Shown here in pieces: positions 42,502-61,668 of a stretch of 64,000 bases of DNA. Below the pieces are notes generated by a model that was not told the origin of the DNA, did not search any database, and saw only the letters and a list, made by a program, of their open reading frames with translations. The position numbers and the translations under genes are program-made. This DNA is from the human T2T-CHM13v2.0 reference genome, Homo sapiens. The stretch lies in assembly GCF_009914755.1 (NCBI RefSeq), contig NC_060937.1. The stretch is one strand, 5' to 3'. Numbering within the stretch: position 1 is the first letter of the stretch; each line of letters opens with the position of its first letter.

Positions 42502-42507
42502 AATAAA
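42502..42507 (+). terminator. Distal poly(A) signal AATAAA
   Basis: Canonical hexamer with U-rich sequence upstream and GT-rich tgtgtcatttgtgtatg downstream. Confidence 0.75.
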
Positions 42508-42540
42508 GCTGAATTGTGTCATTTGTGTATGCATTCTGTA

Positions 42541-42855
42541 TTTATTCATTATTTATTCATTTATTTTGTTTGAGAAGGAGTCTCGCTCTTTTCCCCCAGG
42601 CTGTAGTGTGATGGCACGTATCTCGGCCCACTGCAACCTCCGCCTCCTGGGTTCAAGCGATTCTCCTGCCTCAGCCTCCTGAGTAGCTGGGATTGCAGGT
42701 GTGCGCCAACATGTGCAGCTCATTTTTGTATTTTTAGTAGAGAGAGGGTTTCGCCACGTTGCCCAGGCTGGTTTCGAACTCCTGAGCTCCGGTGATCTGC
42801 CCGCCTCGGCCTGCCAAAGTGCTGGGATTACAGGCGTGGGCCACTGCACCCAGCC
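42541..42855 (-). mobile_element. Alu (AluS-like) immediately downstream of the distal poly(A) signal
   Basis: Antisense dimer; target-site duplication tgcattctgtattta. Confidence 0.95.
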
Positions 42856-43900
42856 TTGCATTCTGTATTTATAACACACAGACAAGTTCATTATCCTTTA
42901 AAAGGGAATGACTGAAATGAACACATTTTTGTACTCAAAATTAAGGGAAGCTTTTTAGCCTAACTATACTTACCTTTCTTAAGTTGTGTTAAACGACAGT
43001 GGCCTACAAAACCATTTTCCCTTTTAAAAGCACTGTTCTATTTCAGAAAAGTTTATTGGAATCTTTAGGCTTCTATCAAGAGCAGCCATAATTTCCAGTC
43101 TAAAAATGTCAAGAGAAAATTATCTATTTTTTATTCCCTATGTATACAGTAGATGTTAGGGGAGGGATTGGTCATGAGATACATTCACCAGCCACCTCCT
43201 GTTTCTGTGGTTAACATACTGGCGCTGCCAAGAGCTCCCATCCGCCTGTGTTACTATCTGATCTCCATTGTAACTATATTTAGAGATCACAAAGCCTGGG
43301 ATAGAGGTTAGAGAAACTGAATCTTAGTCCTGCCTCTGCTTCTGGCTAGCTTCAGGCCTTATCTGGGTCACTTTTCTGGACTGCATTTTTTCATCTGCAA
43401 ACTAAGATGTTTGGAGTGAGTCTTTAACTTTCAATAGGTAAAGAAAGAAGTGCAAATAGCCCTAAATTTTAGGAACTGCGTTCCATGCTTCCACTAGAAA
43501 CCATTAAGACTTAAACACAAATGCAACTTGACATAATTTTTTGTTTTATCTCATATTAGAAAACAGCCTGTAAGAAATATAAGCAAAAAGCTATGGTTCC
43601 TAGCCATATCTGGTCACCTATTGGTGGCTAGTCTTTCTGAATCGCCCATTTATGAAGGGGGAGGGACTTAGGGTAGGTCCCTCTGAGTAGGCAGTTTATA
43701 AATTTTTATTTGGAAACACATGTTATAAATCTCAGTGGGTTTTACTTTAGGGCTCAGCAGGCTAAGCACTAAAGGACATTTCCTCAGAGCTGATTCTGGA
43801 AGATGGCTGTGGAGTTTTGAATTTCCCTGTGGACTTCTTTTTTGCTGAGAGGTTGGCAGGGGGGCGGGGGGCACATTGGCACATCTGCTTCAAAGCATAA

Positions 43901-44258
<358 letters not shown>

Positions 44259-44569
44259 CATATTTTTACAATTAGTTACATATTCGTCATTCGTAGAGGT
44301 CATGCCATCACCTTAGAATCATAAAGAGTATCTGGTGGATAAGCAGTGCCTATTTAATAGACATTATATGAGGTGGGTTCCTGATGAAATGAAGCCTCAT
44401 CACTTTCCTAAGGAGTGTTCTGTGTCCTGGGATCCAGTATAGAGGACTCCCCTCCCCAGAGGAGCTGAATCTAGGAAACCCATAAATATTCTCCCTATGA
44501 GGTGTTTGTAGGCTGTATTGGAACTGTGTGGACAGTAACAGTGATTGTCTATCACCTGTGGCCAAACAC

Positions 44570-44765
44570 TGTTATATCTTTTACCTGTGTTCAGGTAGTT
44601 ATCCCACAACCCTATGAAGAAGATGCTACTCACCTTCATTTTACAAATAAGGGAAACTGAGGATAGATTAAAAACTTTGCCCAAAATCACAGAACTAGGA
44701 AGTGGCAGAAATGCTAGCTGAAGCCAAGACTCTCTGAATCAAAAACCCATACTCTTTCCTGTACC
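44570..44765 (-). mobile_element. MIR SINE
   Basis: cattttacaaataagggaaactgagg...ttgcccaaaatcacagaactaggaagtggcaga. Confidence 0.8.
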
Positions 44766-46735
44766 CTATGCCAAACTTAATCCAAACTCGGCTCCCTCAA
44801 AACACAGGACGGGAGGGTCGTCTCAAGGTGTATATGCTCCATGTCTTCCCAATTTAAGAACCTAAAGAACTTTTATAATCACTGCATTTTGCAAGCCAAA
44901 ATCTACTCCCATAGATCAGAACATGGAAGCCCCAGCAAAGAACATTTGTATGGGGAACTGTTTCCCAAGGGCCAGTGTAGACAGCGATCTGAATCCAAGA
45001 GAAAAACTCTCACAACTCTTGTGAAATGGTTAAATGGCAGCTAATGGAATATAGCTATGGAAAACTAAAACCTCAGGTGAAGCCAGTATTCTAGATCTTC
45101 CATGTTTGAATTTTTTTTTCTCCATCCATAAGAATAGTGAGATTTGGGAGTAAAGAAATCCTTGGGACGCGGCCTCTTTGATACCATAGAAAACATTCTA
45201 TAATCCAAGGAATTTGAGAAACTATCTCTTGGAAAGCCATGTCAGCAGATCATAAATTGAGCCTCACCCATGGCTCTTCTGAGTCTAGATACTGAGAAGG
45301 TTAGTTTGCCAAGTGGAAACTCTTGTTCTCAACATGGAAAAGATGCCCAGGAAGCATGCCCTTTTACACACAGGAACACATAAAGAGGAAAGTAAATTAA
45401 TCCCCATTAAACTGGCAAGGCAACACTGAAGGCAGAATTCAAAGGCAACTTATACATTTTTATTTGGTAACCCATGTTATAAATCTCAATGAACATTACC
45501 ATGAAAAGGCCAATAATAAACATGGATTTTGGAGCATCATTAATAGTAAGATGAAAGATGAACTATTTCTCCCATCCATATAGTCCTGTAATATTCACCT
45601 TTGGTTTCGATAACTTATAAATACTCTCTATGTGAAACAAATACCAGATATAACACATCATATGAAACACCTGAGGGAGACATTTCTCCTCCACATAAAT
45701 GTATAGCCTGCCCTAAGTGGTGGTCCCTTGTCCTTCCTGGATTGTTTTTTCTTATTAATTCCTCAGTGGTAGCTCCCTCAAGTTGAACTAGTATATACTG
45801 TCCAATTATAAGCCCCTATCTACTCCAAATTACACTCATCAGTCTGCTAAATACTCCTTTCAAAGCTCAGTACCAATTTACAAAGAAAACTCCACAAGAC
45901 TTATTTTTAATCCCACATCCTGCATGAAGAACAGACCATTGGTGTACTCATTCATTCTCTCACTCAGTGAACACTTAGAGAATCAGGAGATTATGACAAG
46001 CACATGCTGGGCCCAGACCTGGACAATTTAACCCCGTTTCCAAAATCTAGGCCATGCTTGTGTCTTCCATACTTAAAGCTACAGAGTATCTGTTCAGTAT
46101 AATACTTGCTTCCTGAAATTTTTTTGGCCCTGCCTGCAGTTATTCTGATCTTCCATACTGGTGAAGCAGTTGGTAGTTGTTCATCAGCACAAAAACAGTG
46201 CAGATTCCTTCATTTTCATTTTGTTAAAGAGTCCAAATTTTCATTTTGATGAATTCTAAAAACATGCATCTGATGAATCTTAAAAATATGTATGTGAATC
46301 TCTAAAGTATTAACAGCAGACACAGCAGGCAATGTATAATATAAAACCAGCTCATGTAAAACTACTAGAAATAAACTAAGAGCACAGTAAAAAAAATTGG
46401 TAAAGATGAAATGCTCATGGAAGAGAAAATACAACTGTCCAATAAGCATATGAAAAAATGTTCAAATCAGCAGTAAACAAAAAAAGATGCAAATTAAAAC
46501 ATTTTTTTTTACCTTTCAATTTAGCAAAGACTTTGAGGTTTTTGTTTTTGTTTTTGCTGTTGTCATTTTAAGTAATTCTTCTGACAAAGGTGTGGTAATG
46601 CAGATACTCAAAAAATTTGTAAGAGGGCACAATGGCTCAGTATTTCCAGAAATATTTAAAATGTTCTCTTTTGTTGACAAAGTACTTCTTCTAAGAGTTT
46701 CACAGTTGGTTTTGTGTTTGGCTTCAGTATTTATC

Positions 46736-47450
<715 letters not shown>

Positions 47451-47759
47451 CATCCTTATCTAGATGTTTGCTAAAACTTTCTTCTGATTTAATCACTGGG
47501 CTTTTGTTCTTGTTTTAATTATTCTGCTTTAGAACTATATGAACAAACATAGTAATAATTATATCAATGTAAAAATGAAAATAAATCACAAATGTCTTTT
47601 CTTACATGTTAACTATGTTCATTTCCCCATGTTCCCAATGCATTATGAGATTGGGATGCTGTTTAACAGGATGCAGTATGTACTCTGAATTAGTGACCAA
47701 CAAATTGTTTTTTCTCCCAAAGCCAGGACACGACTAGTCTGGAAACCAAGAGGAGGATG

Positions 47760-47973
47760 TGGCAAAACTCAAAATTAAAATTAATGATTTACTCTCAAAA
47801 GCATGTGCTCAGTCTCCCTAAATCTCTGAGCTCTGCAGATCTGTTTTAGGATCCAGTGGAGAAAGGGTACTACCAGGGATCATAAAAGCAATGACACTGA
47901 ATTGGAAGTTAAGACTGCCACGTGGCAATCAACCCAAATGCCCATCAATCAACAAGTGGATTAAGAAACTGTG

Positions 47974-48017
<44 letters not shown>

Positions 48018-49710
48018 GATGGCATACTTCTCAGCCATAAACAGGAATGAATTAATGGCATTTGCAGTGACCTGGATGAGATTGGAGACTATCATTTTAA
48101 GTGAAGTAACTCAGGAATGGAAAACCAAACATCGTATGTTCTCACTCATAAGTGGGAGCTAAGTTATGAGGCTGCAAAGGCTTAAGAATGACACAGTGGA
48201 CTTTGGGAACTCAGGGGGAAAGGGTGGGAAAGGGGTGAGGGATAAAAGACTACAAACAGGGTGCAATGTGTACTGCTTGGGTGATGGATGCACCAAAAAC
48301 TCACAAATCACTACTATAGAACTTACTCATGTAACCAAACACCACCTGTTCAACCAGTAACGTGTGGGGAAAAAAAAGACTGCCACATCTGCCACGTGGC
48401 AATTTCCGCCTCCTCTTTAGGATCACACTCTTGAATGGGGAATTTGACCCTGAATATTAAAAGAAAATCGGGTTGGCACTCTATCTTGGAAGCTGGAGAA
48501 AGCTTAAGAGAAATCCTGGTACACCTCCATGTGGGATCATGCTTAGGGGTAAAGGTTAGTGGAAGACCAAGCATCAAGTAGCCATGCCATGTAGACCAGG
48601 GGCATGCTTTGCCCATATAACACCTTTATGTGAATGGGAGCAAGGTGCCTGCTTTGGGTGGCTAAATTCTGGAGGCTATATGCATTGGCAAGCTGGATTT
48701 TGCCTCCATTCGCACTCACATCTGGGCGCCCTTGTGCAGGTTCCATCACTTGGAGTTCCAAGTGGCAGCCCTGACATGGACTTTACGGACTTTACTTCAT
48801 GAATGAAAGTTTAGGTTACCCCACTAGACAAAGAGTCCCAGTGAGCTAAGGTGCTGGCGGAAGGCAACTGTTTCATGGAATGGGAGAGGACTCAGAAACA
48901 CCAGCTACGCTGTTATAACCAGCTAAAGAAACGAAGACTATAACTTTTCATGATTTAAATTATTTTTCTTGATCTTTCTTTCTCCTTTCCCTTACTATTG
49001 TATATTCAATGTGTTGCCTGTGGTTTGGTTTATACTTGAGTCCACAGAAGTGAGTGGAGACTTGAGACAAACTAAAAGTAAAGTAAATCAGCTGAGGTGC
49101 TGGAGCTCAGTAGTCCCATGACATCACTTCTAGAAGCAGTAGTTGGGTGTGATGCTGGCTCTGCCAATGATGAAGTGAGTTTGTATGTAGGACAGTTACT
49201 TGGATTAGACTGGGATATTTTTGGAACTCTGTGTGTCTCTCTGTTTATGGACAGTGTAGGGGTGGACTGAAATGACCTTATCCACCCAGTACCTCCTCCT
49301 AGCCTTCATTTTGTAATGGAGCCTGCCCCAGCCATAGAGGTGGGTACGTGAACCAGGCTGGGCCAATCAGACAGACTACTTCACACCTGGAGCCAAAAAG
49401 GGTTTATCCAAGGATGGGGATATGACCAAAGGAGGCTCAGATTAGGCCTATTCTCTCAGGAGTTTGGAACCTGAACAGAAACATACAGAGAGAGAAGGCA
49501 GTTGGAGCTGAAGTCATTGGATGTGAGTGTCTAAAAGAGATGGTCCTTGTGTTCCTGCTGCTAAGCTCCCCAGAGAATCCTGTTCTTGTCCTTTCCAAAG
49601 CTTGGTTGGGAAGCTGTTCACCAGCATCCTTCCAATAACGTCCCTTTGTGCTTAAATTTATTATGTAGATTTCTATTGCTTGTAGCCAAAGGACCTTCGC
49701 TACTATAATC
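47760..49710 (+). mobile_element. Degraded ERVL/MaLR internal sequence ending in a polypurine tract and an MLT1-type LTR (about 49268-49710)
   Basis: gaattggaagttaagactgcca (ERVL internal), aggggtggac|tg at the LTR start, and ccaggctgggccaatcaga. Confidence 0.55.
47925..48378 (+). mobile_element. L1MA/L1PB-type 3' end with (CA)n at 47974-48014
   Basis: caacccaaatgcccatcaatc...gttctcactcataagtgggagctaa..., a G-rich tract and an A tail; flanked by duplicated aagactgccac. Confidence 0.85.
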
Positions 49711-49965
49711 ACTATGCAAGGATTAAAAAAAAAAAGCTCCTAGATATTTTAAGAAAAATAGCAATATACAGAATGGTATGTATAACATTACCATTTGTAT
49801 AAGAAAATAAAATGGAACATCTTTGTATAGATATGGTAATATATCTGTATACAGACATACACATACCATTCTTTGCATAGAATACCTCTGGACCAATACT
49901 TAAGAGACTGTAAACAGAGTGGGAAATGGAGAGTGGAAGGCATACCTCCAGTTTTGCTGTTTCCA

Positions 49966-50798
49966 TTTGATCCATATAGTTTTGAACCATGAGCATTATT
50001 TTGAAAATAGTTATTTTATTTTAAATAAATGAATTAAGTATATTATACTGCTATCATTTGGATATTTGACCCTCCAAACCTCATGCTGAAGTTTGATCCC
50101 TAATGTTGGATGTGGGGCCTACTGGTTGGGTGTTTGGGTCTTGGGGGTGGATTCTTCATGAATAGATTTATGCCATCCCTAGGAGGTGGGGGTGGTGAGT
50201 GAGTTCTCATTTTGTTAGTTCCCATGAGAGCTGGTTGTTACCAAGAGCCTGGCACCTCCCACTCCTTGCTCCCTCTCCTACCATGTGATCTCTGCACATG
50301 TGGCTCCTCTTCACCTTCTGCCATGAGTGGAAGCAGCTTGAAGCCTTCACCAGAAGCAAATGCCGGCACCATGCTTCTTGTACAGCCTGCAGAACTATGA
50401 GCTAAATAAATCTCTTTTTTAAATAAATTACTCAGGCATTCCTTTATAGCAACACACAATGGACTAAGATATATGCATTGTGATGAAAATGATGTATTGT
50501 TATGTGAAAAAAGCAAGCTGCAGAACTTTAAGCAAAATATGACCCCATTTGTGTGTGATTTCTTAAGTGTTTGTGTGTGCATTCACATGTGTGGGAGGGC
50601 ATGGCCTAGTTGTATGTACATGGAATACCTTCTACTAGGCCCCACCTCCAACGCTGGGGATCACATTTCAATGTGAGGTTTGGAGGGTCAAATATCCAAA
50701 TGATAGCAGCATATACATCTACTTAATTCATTTATTTAAAATAAAATAACTTTATTTTTAAAATAATGTGCCCATGGTTCAAAACTATATGGATCAAA
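49966..50798. repeat. Inverted repeat with arms 49966-50121 and 50636-50798
   Basis: Reverse-complement match including a perfect 36-bp block (50048-50083 vs 50674-50709). Confidence 0.92.
50049..50471 (+). mobile_element. MSTA/MSTB-type MaLR solo LTR
   Basis: tgctatcatttggatatttgaccctccaaacctcatg ... cctttatagcaacacacaatggactaagata; 5-bp target-site duplication tat(a/g)c. Confidence 0.9.
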
Positions 50799-50895
50799 CT
50801 GATGTCTTATGTACATACAACTATGTACATATAATACATAGAACTATATGTATCAAACTAATAGCAGTGGCTCGCTCTGGAGTGAGAGGGAATAG

Positions 50896-51256
<361 letters not shown>

Positions 51257-51414
51257 TAAAATATAGATGTATATAAATTTGTAACAAAAAAAAATCTGTA
51301 AAGAAAAAAAGAAAGAAAAAGAAAAGTGTAGGGAGCAAACCCAGTGACTTATCCCCACCCTGTTCAGTTCTTTTCCCTCACACATGTTCACAAGGGCTCA
51401 AAGTGGTGACATCA

Positions 51415-53459
<2,045 letters not shown>

Positions 53460-53460
<1 letters not shown>

Positions 53461-53868
53461 CCTGATGAAGATGCCATTCAGATGCCCCTCGAGAAGGATG
53501 GGCTGACCAGCTGCAGGGAGTGCAGTCAGCAGGTGGCTTCCAGCTCCCAGCTCCTCAACATCAGTCTGAGCTGCAGAGAAAAACATACCCTTCTGGGCGT
53601 GGCCTGCATCTGGTGACTGAGCAAGGTGGAGAGATAAAAGCACGACTGTTTCGGCTCCACATGGGAAACTGGCAGGCAGGACTTCCTCCGAGTTCCCCAC
53701 TGGTTTGGCAAGGCTCTATCTGGCCTGCAGGGCAGTTCAACCTCTTCATCTTTCTCAACTTCAATTGTGCTTCCACCTGCTTCCTTACACAGGTGTTGAT
53801 CCCTAGTTAGCTTCTTGCACCCTAAACTCTGTCTCATCATCTGTGTCTAGACAATCCAGTTTGCTGCA
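53460..53868 (+). mobile_element. LTR16-like ERVL LTR, followed by ~250 bp of sense internal sequence
   Basis: ttccttacacaggtgttgatcccta...ttgcaccctaaactctgtctcatcatctg LTR16-type 3' end. Confidence 0.65.
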
Positions 53869-54129
53869 GTTGTGTCTGGAAAGAGCAGGCAATCAAATGG
53901 GATTTTGGAGCTGAATCATTCACCGCCCAGCTAGCAATTGGACACCTTGCACAGATGGTGTTTCCATTGTTAAAACTTCCACTGGTGGTGAATCAGGAGA
54001 GTGGACTTCTGGAAAGGGATGCACTGCAGAGGTGATGAGTCAGGTGCTTGAGAATTCTGGAAGAAATAGTAGATACAAGGATAAGGGGATTCTATGGCTA
54101 TTGCCTGGTGCTAAAATGACTTGGGAAGC

Positions 54130-56350
54130 ATGGAAAAAGCAATGGCCCCTGCTGAGTGAAACTGAAATGTCATTATCAAATAGCTGGTCTTTCATGAACT
54201 TTTACCTCTAGTCATAGCTGTATTAGGAAAGAACTCAAGTTCCAGGTATTTGGGGATAGAGCCCCTCTCTGCCCATAAAGTGCAGCAATAACCCTATTTC
54301 TACTTGTTAATTAGGAGCAATCACCTCAGCAAACACAGCACCTCCACTTTATGCCAGTTGATTCACTAGCATCAAAAGCCACAATGGCCGTGTGGTTGTC
54401 TCACTGGACCCATTGTTGAGTCCCCTCTAGAAGCCTGCCTTCTTTGTCAGGCCTCTAAAGAAGCAGGACCTAAACCCAGAATAGGAAGCAACATTTTACA
54501 AGTGAGTCCTTATGCGTCACAGTGGTAGGTACCACTCCTACTTTCACCCCTTGATTCTTGGACCCATTTTTTCTGCTTATGCACCATAAGAAGAGAAACT
54601 GCACCATATATTGGCTGTTGTATAGAACAAAACCCTAACTTCACTTGTAAATCTCCAAGTTGATATTATGAATGAGTCATCAAAAGGCCATTCTACCATT
54701 CTATAGGATGAGTGACTTCTAGCTGATGGTGTTTATTCTAAGAACAGTGAATCCTTTGAGCATATTGAGTCACCTTTTTGCTGTCAAATAAATTTCTGCC
54801 AGATGCAACATTGTAAGGAATAACATGATGGTGAATAAGACACAAAAAATATCCATGGATGGAGATGCTAGATGCATGGTGGACAGGAAAGGCAAATCTA
54901 TATTCAGAATGTCTGCTTCAAAGAGGATAAATTACTGCCCTCTCCATGATGTAAGGAGTCAAGTGCAATCAATGAGCCACTAGGAGATTGGCTGGTCCCT
55001 TCAGAGCATGGTGCTAAATGGTAGTTAGCAAGTTGGATACTCTGCAGTGGTAGTGGTAGTCAGATCAGCACAGTGGCAATATCCACGGATGCCTAATCTC
55101 CAGCCCTGCCACCATGACCACATTGTACACAAACTCCTCAGATGTAGTTCACTGAGGTCTACACAGTGAGTCATGTTGTCCATTTCGTTAGTGAGATCCT
55201 CTTCTACCATGGGCTCCCTCTGGCAAACATTCATGTAAGATATCAATTTATCTCACGCTGTGCATTCTAAGAGGTTTGGCCATATATCTCTTGCGCAAAC
55301 TTCCTTGTCTCTAATTCTCTGTTCTTGTTTCTAGCATGTCTCTCACCATCTGGCCAAATCATTGTCCAGCGACTATGAGTCAGTATAGATATGCACCTCT
55401 GACTTCTTCTTCCATTTAAGCTAGACAACCAATGTCCTGCTAGATGTTCTGCCCACTGGGAAGATTCCTTTCCCCAGTGTCCTTCAGGGCCACCCATGAG
55501 TGGGGCTGTAATGCTATAGCCATCCCTACAACCAGCAGAAGAAAGCTGTAAATGAGACCAGAGGGATGAAGGAGATGAGCAGGACATCAGGAAGTCTGAG
55601 CCACTTCTTCTGAATCCTACCTGTCAGGTGGTGCCTGATCTTCAGGATCCTGCCTTCAGGACCTGCTTTTGCCTGATCCCATATGAACACTTGGTTTGAA
55701 GGTAAAGTGCTGCTTCATATGCCCAAATGTATGATGTTTGGATGACATCATAATGGGCAGTTCATAATGAGCAGTTTGAGTCATATGTTCAGTTAATGCC
55801 CTATAATCAAGTGTTTAGTCCCCACTCAGACCCAATAGACATCTAGGAACTGTTTCTCAAGAGGAGATTAGCTATTTGCTCAGGAGTGTATAGCTTCTTT
55901 CAAACACTGTAACTGGAACTACAATTCTTCCATGAGTTTGCCCAGGGCTCAATAGAGTATCTTCTACTTCAGACATATTGAGTATCACTAGATTTGCTAG
56001 ATCATAAAGCCTGAGGATGATAGTCACATTGTGCATGACCCAGCTAGGAAGCATTCTCTTGCTCTTGATGCCACTCAGACCTGCTAGCTTTACATATTTC
56101 TTGGTAAATGGATAGAGAATCACACTCAAATATGGCAGAGTAGGGCACTATGGAATTTGTTGTCCCAGTCCAAGCACATTAAAACAAAAGAATTACTTAA
56201 AATACGTCAAGACAACAGGCATAGACTTGAACTGTTCCAGGCAAATAAGTCACTCTAGACATATATTGCCTCCAAGATTCAAAGAAGCCCAGCAAGCATT
56301 TTGATTTTCTTTAAGTGGAAGAGGATGCAAACTGTTGTGTTACCCAGTCA
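54130..56350 (-). pseudogene. Decayed ERVL pol (RT C-terminus, RNase H, integrase)
   Basis: Minus-strand remnants GKESSQWAE (cf. ERVL RNase H GKSSQWAEL) and CLLGFFESWRQY (cf. CLVGLFGFWRQH), with many stops and frameshifts. Confidence 0.75.
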
Positions 56351-57049
56351 ATGAGCTATGTTCAAATTTTAATTATAGTCTTTCTATTCTCTCTGTGGTT
56401 CAAGGGTTTTTCCTGCAGGAAAACAAATGCAGTCTCAGTGTGAGAAAGGTAAAGGGATTACCCATTGGCATCTATGACTGAGTAAAGACTACCTTGAAGT
56501 CTTGAAAAACTGCATGAAGATACAGGAAAAATAACCTCAGGACTACCTGTATGAGCTGGAAAACCAGTCAGCTAATATAAACTGTATGATACCTAAGTCC
56601 TTCTCTTGCCTACAATTTAAGTTTGTTGTCGCTTTAAGTCTTGTTTTCCTTCTATTCACCTTGTCCACCTCCCAGAGGTTTCTCTTACACTGAGGATGAA
56701 CAACTACAGCCCTTGGAAAGGTATAATTACAGATAATGAATATATACATATAATGAATGGATTTATATATCCATAGGGAGAGGAGAATGATGAGGGAAAA
56801 CACCTTTTATGGCAGATATTCTGAAAACTCTAAAAGAATATTGTCATTACCTTTCTTTGCAAGTGTAAATTTTTTCTGGTTTACTACCACTCCATCTGTT
56901 TTCAAAAATATACACCTGAATCACTTTTCAAATTTATACTATATGTTTATTTATATATTAGCTAGTTTATATGTAGAAAGGTAGGGTGAAGATCTTGGGT
57001 TGTACTTGTGTAAAAAAGAACCTGTGAAAGTAATGTACTAAGAACTGAA

Positions 57050-60100
<3,051 letters not shown>

Positions 60101-60154
60101 CATGCATAATAGTATGGGGAGCTCTGCAGACATGTTCCCCAGTAAAATGGTGAA

Positions 60155-60449
60155 ATTATTTTATTATTTCATTTTTTAATTTAATTTTTTGAGACAATGT
60201 TGCACTCTATTGTCCAGACTGGAGTGCAGTGGTGCAATCATGACTCACTACAGCCTTGACCTCTTGGGCCTAAGCAATCTTCCCACCTCAGACACATGCT
60301 ACCATGTTCCACTAATTTTTTTATTTTTTCTTTGTAGTCAGTCTCACAATGTTACCTGAGATGGTCTCAAACTCCTGAGCTCAAGCGGTCCTTCCACCTC
60401 AGCCTCCCAAATAGTGCTGGGATTACAGTATGAGCCACTGCATCTGGCC
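60155..60449 (-). mobile_element. Alu (AluJ-like, internal deletion)
   Basis: Diverged antisense dimer. Confidence 0.9.
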
Positions 60450-61544
60450 ATGAAAATTGTTTTAAAAACAACTATTTAAATATCCCTAGAAATGGTTTTA
60501 AGAGTGCATAGCCAACGAAGAAACATTTGTCTTTTTAAGGCTACTAAAATTTGATAAGAACAATGAGAGTTTTGATATTTAAACCAAGACCACTTCTCTC
60601 TCCTCATTGACCACCAGTTCAGCAAGACAGAAATTCCACCCCAGACAGGTGCAGCCAAGAACACAGGGCTCCCTCTGCCCCCAGCAACCAGTCAGTGGGC
60701 CATCCTCCTTGGAGGGGCAGGACATCAGCATTCTCATCCAGTTCCCAGCTACCTGTTGCTGAGACTGAGTTCTAGGCAAGTATGCCCAAGGGATGGGCTT
60801 CCTTCTCCCATCCAGTCCCCACTGGTGGAACAGAGGCTTGGCCTTGGGCATGGCACCACTGAGAATTCTGTGTCTCTCATTTTCCCTGCCCTAGTTCATA
60901 AGGTGATGGTTCAATGCCAGGAGAGGCAAGATGAGAAGACCCAAAACCACTGTCCCCCCTCCACCTCATGATCAGCTCCTTAAGTAGGGATATCACTCAA
61001 AGAGAAGCACACCATTATCACAAACCCCAGCTCCAGAGCCCTGGATCAGATATTTCGCCTGGAAGAAGAAGCACATCTAAAAGTAAATAGCACCTAATCT
61101 CATCCCAAAGCAATTGATTTTATTTGCAATAGAGCATGAAGAAGTTTAAACCTAAGGATGCACTCAAGAACAATGAAGGTTGTGGTGAAAGGCATTTGGA
61201 AAGATATTGGTAGATTTGTTGAAGATTTGTGCATAAGAGAGCTGGAGAAAGAGATAGATAGAAGTAGCCCTCCTAGGGTCAAAACAAATACCAAACACTG
61301 ACCACAGGAACTATTCCTTTGAAGGAGATGAAATTTGATTGGCTAAGTCTGTAGATCGATTTATGCCCCAGGGCATTGTTGAAAACAATAATGCAATTAG
61401 CCCCCAGTTTGTAGAGTTTAGCAGCTGGGTGCAGTCTAGGGTAGAGACAGCTAAAGAGAGCTCTGTCAAAACCACTGTCATCCCAGAATGACTGTGGAAA
61501 TACCCAAGGCTGCCCACCCTAGGAGTAACACCAGGGGTTTAACA

Positions 61545-61668
61545 CTGTGTTTGTGTGTGTGTGTGTGTGTGCACGCATATGTGTGTGAGACAGAGAGAGA
61601 GAGAGAGAAGGGATGAGAGGAGAGAAATAGATAGAGATGGTGGTGGTGGTATGGTGGTGGTGGTGGTG
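61545..61668. repeat. Compound (TG)n-(GA)n-(TGG)n microsatellite
   Basis: Direct reading. Confidence 0.9.

Larger units (their letters stand above)
41064..42530 (+). other. POLR1D: 3' UTR of the POLR1D isoform-2 mRNA (long form; the end position is approximate)
   Basis: Non-repetitive, AU-rich sequence between the stop codon and the distal AATAAA. Confidence 0.75.

Noticed and set aside
41064-42530. SECIS element that would recode the UGA as selenocysteine
   Set aside because: I could not identify an AUGA...AA...GA kink-turn stem-loop by eye; a SECISearch run would be needed.
55025-56129. Minus-strand ORFs with retroviral-like words, considered as a domesticated ERV gene
   Set aside because: Fragmented by stops and frameshifts; a decayed ERVL pol.
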